Origin: Octopus sinensis
Taxonomy: Eukaryota
Length of the DNA: 30,743 bases
Direction of reading: 5' to 3'
NCBI RefSeq assembly: GCF_006345805.1
Contig: NW_021832524.1
Coordinates: 1 to 30,743 of the forward strand
Below, piece after piece: positions 23,246 through 30,743 of the stretch. The notes beneath the pieces were generated by a model, which was given only the letters and a program-made list of their open reading frames with translations, searched no databases and had not been told where the DNA came from. How positions within the stretch are numbered: position 1 is the first letter of the stretch; the number at the start of each line of letters is the position of its first letter. The position numbers and the translations under genes were made by a program.

Positions 23246-23835
23246 TATATATATATATATATATATAGATAGATAGATAGCTAGGTAGATAGATAGATAC
23301 GCGTGTATATATATTAATTTTCAGCAGTGGGTTCTGAAGTAACGGGAAATTAAGGGTTTTGCGGAAGGAGAAAACGTACCACACAGTTCAAAAACGACCC
23401 CGCCATCGTGAGAGCAACATCCCTAACCACAAAGCCGTGTACTTTCACACTACACCAAAATGAAACTACTTAATTTATTTATCAAATAAAATCTCTTTTA
23501 ATGTTTCTTCCTAAGCAGATTTACAACTCCCAACTCAGTTTTCTTTTGCCTCGCCACATTACATAATTTCAGGGCGGTTCGTAAAGAAGGTTCTTTGTGA
23601 ATTAGACATTTACAAGCTTTTACTTCTTACTACATAATGTATTCCGTCTAGTTGCTAGACAAGTCTGCAATAGAACTAACTTCAATAAACACGCCATCAA
23701 AGGCCAGCTTTGGTAATTTACTATCAATGAAGTCGTAAAGAAATACCGAAGAGACATTAACCTAACATAACAACATATTGTAGACATCTTTACGACTTCT
23801 GACACCGTACAATACAAGAAATATGGTTAGATTTC

Positions 23836-24270
23836 AAGACGGCGAGCTGGAAGAATCGTTAGCAAACCGGGCAAAATGCTTAGTAGCTGTTCATTTGTCT
23901 TTACGTACTGAGTTCAAATTCGACAATGTCGACTTTGCCTTTTATTCTTTCGAGATCGATAAAACAAGTTGGACATTGGGGTCGATGTAACCGACTAGGC
24001 ATCACCCCTGAAATTGCTGGCCTTGTGCCAAATTTTGAAACCGATATTTATAGTTTGCATTAAGGCTGCGAAGGGGAGAGAATCGTTTGCTCGCCGGCAA
24101 AACGCTTTACGGCATTTCATCCGTCTTTACGTTCTGAGATCAAATTCTGCCAAGGTCAGATTTGCTTTTCATCCTTTTGGGGTCGACGAAGTAAGTAGCA
24201 GTTGAACATTGGGATCAATGCAATCGACTCGTCTCAGCCTCCGAAATTGCTGGCCTTGTGCCAAGATTTG
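23836..24270 (+). mobile_element. Two tandem family B SINEs
   Basis: gacggcgagctggaagaatcgttagc...gagttcaaattc...gctggccttgtgcc occurs twice (23836-24045 and 24066-24270). Confidence 0.85.
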
Positions 24271-24280
24271 TCACCCACCA

Positions 24281-24460
24281 TCGCCTGACAACCGGTGTTG
24301 GTTTGTTTACGTCCCTGTAAGATAGCAGTTTGGTAAAAAAAAAAGAGACCGATAAAATAAGTAACAGCCTTAAAAAATGCTGTGGTCGATTCATTCAACT
24401 AAAACTCTTTAAGCTGTGCCCCAGTATGGCCGCAGTCTAATGTCTAAAACAAGTAAAAGA
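24281..24460 (+). mobile_element. 3' half of a family A SINE
   Basis: tgacaaccggtgttggt...gagaccgataaaataagta...tggccgcagtc matches 5358-5520. Confidence 0.7.
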
Positions 24461-24497
24461 TTATATATATATACACATATGATGTAGTGGTACTTAC

Positions 24498-24622
24498 ACG
24501 CTTCCATAAAATAGTTTTTCGGTTCGTGTTGCTTGCTTTTAATTTGTGCTAACAAGTAATTAAAATCAGTGTAATTTCCTGCCATCAACAACATCCGTGC
24601 TCGTTGTGTTCCATTAAAATAT
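24498..24622 (-). CDS. TRPC: TRPC-family channel exon, extracellular loop before S4 (YFNGTQRARMLLMAGNYTDFNYLLAQIKSKQHEPKNYFMEA)
   Basis: Acceptor ttttgtag|A at 24622 and donor T|gtaagta at 24498; 125 nt and open. The phase-1 end joins the next exon as TCT (Ser)-RFHW. Two N-glycosylation sequons (NGT, NYT). The peptide alone is not diagnostic; assignment rests on splice signals and phase. Confidence 0.8.
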
Positions 24623-25916
24623 CTACAAAATACATAATCACTCAATTAACCATCAATCAATCGATCAATCAAAACAAAAAATCATTAAAAAATCAATACG
24701 TTTAACAGAATCATTGAAACATCATTGTCAGGTTCTTTTATGCTCCGAGTTCAAAATTTTAGCTTGGCCAATTTTGCCCTTCATACTTTCAAGGGGTCAA
24801 CGAAAGCAAGTTCCAGTACCAGTTGGATACTGGGGTTTACTCCACTGATACTGGTGTCTTGTCACTCAGGATTTTTCGGCTAATGAGATTATGGCTGAGA
24901 ATCTAGAAAGAATTTTCTTAATGCTCTTTGTGGCTTCAGGATTGGTAAATGGGAGAACTAGAATAACAATGACCCATAGTATTGATGTGAGGAGCAACAG
25001 TTAGCTTCCTTGCAGGTGTTTTTGTTACCTTTGTGGGGTACTATGTCTGGCACAAGAGGACAGAAAAAGAAGAGAAGCTGTAGTGGAAGTAAAAGAAGAA
25101 GAAAGTAGAAGTAGAAGAGGATAAAGAAAGAAAAGCAAGAATGAAAAAGAAGGAGAAAAAGAAGAGCGAGAAAGAGAAGAAACAAAGCAAAGAAACATGT
25201 TCAGTTGAGTACATCTTTGGTCACATGCAATCACGTTCAGGTTAGAAGAGTTAGCAAAAGATTAATTAATTAAGTACAAGAATGGCTATTAAATTGATTC
25301 TACATAATCTTCCTTTTTAATGTTTATAACTGATACAAACACACCTTGTACCTATTTTGGTTATGATATCATTTTGGAATTCTTAAATTTTATTTTATAC
25401 AACATAACAATATTGTTTATAGACGTTCCACCATCGCGCCCCTAATAAATTTTCCCTGTATTTCCATCTTAAGTTTCTTAGTGTCTTGCCCCTTTAACTG
25501 GTAATTAACATCAAGATTTAAAGTCTACCCCTATCCTACCTATTTTTTTATAGACAGTTACATCTATCAAATTGACTCTTCCTAATGTCTTATTTCCTTT
25601 CTCTTGAGAGAAAAAGGATACCTATGATAAAATTTACGACCACACCTAGCCACGAGCTATCAATTATTGTTCTTTATTCAAAATAGACACAGTCTTCTAG
25701 TCTCAGATATAACATGATAAAGAGATAGATAAATTAGAATTGAATTACAACCCTATGACCCCACTATGCTCCATGCGATTCTAAGAAATTGTAGTCTATT
25801 CTTAGCCACTCTGCTACAACAGCGACAACATGAATTTCTTCCATCTTCTTCCTCTGTTAAAATATTTAAAAAAAATTATATCAATGTGTCCTACTTGTTA
25901 AAAAATTCTATATTTT

Positions 25917-26006
25917 GGTGCAGCTGAAGGTAGCACTGCATTTAAATTGATGCAATGATTGTATTGTCCAATTAAATGGAGCAACCCGAAACGGGTGTAC
26001 TGCATT
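25917..26006 (+). ncRNA. Decayed type I hammerhead ribozyme motif with long stem II
   Basis: Stem I GGUGCAG/CUGCAUU; CUGAAG(G) at 25924; long imperfect stem II ending GAGCAACCC; GAAAC-GGGU-GUA at 25988-25999. The A9/G10.1 junction is damaged. Confidence 0.6.
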
Positions 26007-26009
26007 AAA

Positions 26010-26075
<66 letters not shown>

Positions 26076-26097
26076 ATATATATATAATATATATATA

Positions 26098-26148
<51 letters not shown>

Positions 26149-26209
26149 ATATATATATATATATATATGATATATATAATATATATATTATATATGTATA
26201 TTATATATG

Positions 26210-26252
<43 letters not shown>

Positions 26253-26253
26253 G

Positions 26254-26467
26254 CACGAGGTGTGGCGAAAAGCTCCTTCTTTGGGTAAAAGAAAAGGATC
26301 AGTTAATTATGGTTTTATTCAACATGTTGCCCTTTCATATTCACACACTTATAGCAGCGGTCCTTCAGGTTTTTCTAAGACATGTAAAAGAACTCGGAAA
26401 GTTGGGCCTCCAACCAGGCCTTTCACAAGTTCCTTAAAACCAGGAACATTCCAGCACTCACCTCGTA
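26254..26467. mobile_element. Non-autonomous mariner-type element (MITE), about 214 bp
   Basis: Degenerate terminal inverted repeats cacgagg-tgtggcgaaaagctcct and (reverse complement) tacgagg-tgagtgctggaatgttcct; TA-rich flanks; no coding capacity. Confidence 0.65.
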
Positions 26468-26713
26468 TGTATTTACAGAAAGAGTATCAGGCTTAAAAAA
26501 ATAAAGTGCTGTCGTCATAACACCAGTAGCAAGGGAAGACTGTGTTTACAACGTCCACGTTTTGTTGAGCACTCCTCGGACAAGACATACCGGGCTTGTA
26601 CTCGGAGGAGCCAGGTATCTTATTAAATATATTATATAAAGCATTCACAAATTAAGCTAGAACAGTAGTGGATAGCACAATTTAAATTAATTAAACAATA
26701 TTTTGCAGTACTA

Positions 26714-26905
26714 AAGGCGGCGAGCTGGCAGAAACGTTAGCACGCCGGGCGAAATGCTTAAAGGTATTTCATCTGTTTTACGTTCTGAGTTCAAATTCCG
26801 CCGAGATCGACTTTGCTTTTCATCCTTTTGGGGGTCGATAATTTAAGTACCAGTTGCGTACTGGAGTCGATCTGATCGATTGGTCTTCTCCTCCCAAATT
26901 TCAGC
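26714..26905 (+). mobile_element. Well-preserved family B SINE
   Basis: ggcggcgagctggcagaaacgttagc (A box) and gagttcaaattcc (B box). Confidence 0.9.
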
Positions 26906-26922
26906 AAAATGTGACTAGACGC

Positions 26923-26958
<36 letters not shown>

Positions 26959-27149
26959 ATATGTTTGTGTGTGTATACATATATACGTGTATGTGTACAA
27001 TCGAAAGGAACGACTACGTAATAGTACACATGCATATATAGGTAGACAGCTAATGACTCACGTGACCGGAAGTGATTAGATTGGAGAGCCTCATTGTGGG
27101 TGTTTGATTAGACACGTGCTTTTGTGCATGTAAACACTCTATCTATTTA

Positions 27150-27590
27150 TTTACCTACCTACTTAACTTCTTTCCTTTTTTTCCTCCCTACTTTCCTTTC
27201 TACCTGCCTACCTACCTACCTATTTACCTATCTACCTACATTCCTAGCCTCTTCCCTATCGTTTATCTTCCCACCTACCCGATTCCCCACCCACACACCT
27301 ACCCATAATCATACCTACTACTTCCCTATCTACCTACCTCTTTTACATACGAGCCAACCCACCCACATTCCTACCTACGTATTCACCCCTTCGTACCTAC
27401 CTACCTACCTACCTACCTACCTACCTACCTACCTACCTACCTACCTACCTACCCCCCACCTACCTACCTACCTGCCTACCTACCTACCTGCCTACCTATC
27501 TACCTACCTACCTACCTACCTACCTACCTACCTACCAACCTACCTACCTACCTACCTATCCAGCTATCCAGCTACCTACACACGTACGTA
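27150..27590. repeat. (CCTA)n tetranucleotide array
   Basis: Direct periodicity. Confidence 0.95.
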
Positions 27591-28245
27591 TGCATGCATA
27601 TGCGTATATGTACATGTGTGGATATATGCGTGTGTATGTGAATGTATGTGTGTGTGTGTACGAATCTGTGTGTTTATGCGTTATCATAATTATGACAATG
27701 TGTACGCAGATCTTTCATAGCAAAAAGAAAAAAATTGAAAAAAAAATATCTGTTATAAGTTTTTACTATTTCCTTTCATTTCAAATTTCTTGTAAATAAG
27801 GAAAAAAACCTAAAAGAAAAACTAAAAAAAAAATCCTAAATGGTGGTGTTGTTGTCGTTTTTCCTGTTATTATTATTATTATTTTGTTGTTGTTGTTGTT
27901 ATTATTATCAATGTTATTATTATTATAATTAAATGTTTTTATCAAAATCTTTGCTCGCCTTTTACATTTATCAAGATACTTTTTTTTTGTCTTTCTCTTC
28001 AAATATCTTATGACTTATCTGTCTATTTAATTAATCAACTCTTAGCTCAGACTAATTTAATTAATCTACATTAAAACTTATATTTATATGGTTCATTAAA
28101 TATGGCGGCTATAGTTTCTTCAGGCACAGCTCCGCAGTGAATAAACAATAAATAGTTGGCGCCACAAATCTTCGTATCTTCATGTAGAATCTGTGCAAGA
28201 GACGACGGCGAAACGAGTGCATAATAGCCTATACCTATACTTATA

Positions 28246-28287
<42 letters not shown>

Positions 28288-28339
28288 ACACACACACACA
28301 CACACCTACGTTCATCTTTATGTTTATATTTGTACCCCT

Positions 28340-28597
28340 TCTTATTTATGTATATATATATATATTATTATATATATGTATGTATATGCCTATATTTATT
28401 TATGCATATGTGTATGTACGTATATATGTATATGTATATATACGTCGTATATGTATGTGTATATATATATTATAAAATATATATACTATGTGCGTGTGTA
28501 TATGTATATACATATATATATGTATTATTGCGTGTGTGTGTATGTATATATATATATGCGGGCGTGTGATGTATATCTATATAAATATATATACATA

Positions 28598-28640
<43 letters not shown>

Positions 28641-28946
28641 TATATATATTATATATACATATATATATAATATATATATAAGTATATATATATAATATAT
28701 ATATATAATATATAGTATTATATATATATATATATGTATGTATGCCTATATTTATTTAATCATATGTGTATGTACGTATATATGTATATGTATATATACG
28801 TCGTATATGTATGTGTATATATATATATATAATATATATATCTATGTGCGTGTGTATATGTATATACATATATATATGTATATATGCGTGTGTGTATGTA
28901 TATATATATATGCGTGCGTGTGTATGTATATCTATATAAATATATA

Positions 28947-29040
<94 letters not shown>

Positions 29041-29100
29041 CTATATATATAATATATATAATATATATATATCTATCTATTATATGTATACGTATGTATA
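28340..29100. repeat. Degenerate (TA)n/(TG)n block with an internal duplication of about 230 bp
   Basis: 28375-28605 is repeated at 28733-28960. Confidence 0.9.
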
Positions 29101-29219
29101 TACAATTATTTATGTATATGTGTATGTATGTATAGATATATGTGTGTGTGTGTGTGTGTATGTGTATATACGCTTATACGTATGTATACCTGTTTCGGGT
29201 ATAAAAGAGCGGTGACAGT

Positions 29220-29654
29220 GGTGGTAATGTTATATCTGTCGTTGTGGGCGATGATGATGACGATGTTGATGATGATGATGACGATGTTGATGATGATGAT
29301 GACGATGTTGATGATGATGATGACGATGTTGATGATGATGATGACGATGTTGATGATGATGATGACGATGATGGTGTTAGAATTCATGGTCACAGAAGGT
29401 ATAACTTGGTTGCAGCGGTGGTGGTCGTGGTAGTTCTGGTGTTGACGATGGTTGTGGTGGTTTGTAATAATGTCGATGTTACGGCGGTGGTGGTGGTGGT
29501 GATGGATGAGACTAAAGCTGATGGTAATGGCATTACTGGTGATGCGGTTGTGGTAGTGATGGAATAGTGGCGGAGGTAGTGTTCGTGGTGACAGTAGTGC
29601 TGATAGCATCAACTGCACTGATTGTATAGTAGTAGTAGTAGTAGTAGTAGTAGT

Positions 29655-29734
<80 letters not shown>

Positions 29735-29756
29735 TGGTAGCAGCAGCAACAGCAGC

Positions 29757-29793
<37 letters not shown>

Positions 29794-29815
29794 ATCTCAT
29801 TATTACTATTATTAC
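29220..29815. repeat. Mosaic trinucleotide array including a 21-bp unit GATGATGATGATGACGATGTT and (TAG)n/(CAG)n runs
   Basis: Direct periodicity. Confidence 0.95.
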
Positions 29816-29819
29816 TAAG

Positions 29820-30330
29820 GTGGTGTGTTGGCAGAAACGTTAGCATGCCAGGAAAATTGCCGAGCGGCGTTTCGTCCGTCGTTACGTTCTGAGTTCAAAT
29901 TCCGCCGATGTCGGTGTTGCCTTTTATCCTTCGGGGTCAACAAAATAAGTATCAGTCGAATACTGGGGTCAATGCGATCGATTTACACCTTCCTCCGAAA
30001 TTACTGGCCTAGTGCCAAAATTTTAAACCATTATTATCCGCCAGTGCCGACTTTACCTTTCATCCCTTCAGGACCGATAAAATAGATACCAGCTGTGTAC
30101 TGGGGTTGATGTAGTCGACTTGCTCCCCCCCCCCCCCGAACTTACTGGCTTTGGACCAAATTTGAAATCAAGGGTGTCAAGCTGGCAGAATCGTTAGCAC
30201 ACCAGCTGTCTTTACATACTGAGTTCAAATTCCGCCGAGGTCGACTTCACCATTCATCCTTTCGGAGACGATGTACTCGACTTGCCCCTTCCCACCAAAT
30301 TTCAGGCCTTGTGCCTATATTAGAAAGGGT
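29820..30330 (+). mobile_element. Three tandem family B SINE copies or fragments
   Basis: Repeated tggcagaa-cgttagc heads, gagttcaaattccgccga B boxes and ggccttgtgcc-like ends. Confidence 0.85.
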
Positions 30331-30361
30331 TATTATTATTATTATTATTATTAATTATTAT

Positions 30362-30500
30362 TTGAGATTTCGATGAAGTGATTGTTTATTTTTAGAATGA
30401 CATTGTAAGGTAGGTGTGAGAGGACAAACCTGGCCAGTTTGAACAGAAAACATGCAGAATATTTAGGCCACATATGGCTTGTTTCATTGTCAAAGGGTTC
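30362..30500 (-). mobile_element. Possible piggyBac-type MITE end
   Basis: Terminates in aaagggtt (CCCTTT-like terminus beside a TTAA-like site). Only one end is visible. Confidence 0.35.
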
Positions 30501-30585
30501 ATCATAGCTAAGTGGAGGCGCGTGGCTTAGTGGTTAGGGTTAATTTCCCTATATTTAACGGTAATTTTCATATCATTGTTTGTCT

Positions 30586-30648
30586 TAATAACTGACGAGA
30601 TGCCGGAGCAGCATTCCGCCCCGACATCCGAAGCTCTGACTTTTATTA
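30586..30648 (+). ncRNA. Decayed type I hammerhead ribozyme motif
   Basis: Stem I UAAUAA/UUAUUA; CUGACGA at 30592-30598; stem II GAUG..CGG..GC/GC..CCG..CAUC; GAAG instead of GAAA; damaged stem III. Confidence 0.5.
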
Positions 30649-30743
30649 TGGCAACCAAATAATTGTCACATAATATATTATGGATAAATTCCTCTATTTA
30701 CATAATATCGACGTCCCTCATTCATTCTTTTGTTGCCCTATAA

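Noticed and set aside
25400-25900. Possible decayed LINE or Penelope coding remnant upstream of the 25.9-kb hammerhead
   Set aside because: No convincing motif could be read in any frame by eye; needs a translated search.
28100-28230. Possible exon or hammerhead remnant (tgcaagagacgacggcgaaacgagtg)
   Set aside because: CUGANGA is absent, the triplet would be GUG, and the ORF has no donor site or TRPC motif.

Overview
Eukaryotic, AT-rich, microsatellite-dense DNA, most likely an octopus or other coleoid cephalopod. The organism is inferred from recalled SINE families and repeat style, not verified. The window is the interior of one large minus-strand gene for a TRPC-family (canonical transient receptor potential) cation channel. 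Six GT-AG exons with compatible phases (24622-24498, 21583-21399, 20005-19887, 17333-17242, 15003-14926, 1513-1368) join into about 248 aa, running from the loop before S4 through S4, S5, the pore helix and S6; both ends of the gene lie outside the window. Most supplied ORFs are translations of simple repeats. The introns contain many tRNA-derived SINE copies, fragments of RTE, L1/Tx1 and R4/Dong-type LINEs, a decayed Penelope-like element, a mariner-type MITE and two near-perfect long palindromes. The main hidden signal is a set of hammerhead-ribozyme motifs. One (16273-16166, minus strand, sense to the channel pre-mRNA) has a fully canonical catalytic core. Other leads are a Ser (AGC) at the normally Gly selectivity-filter position, which A-to-I editing could recode, and a symmetric 78-nt exon that lengthens the pore turret.
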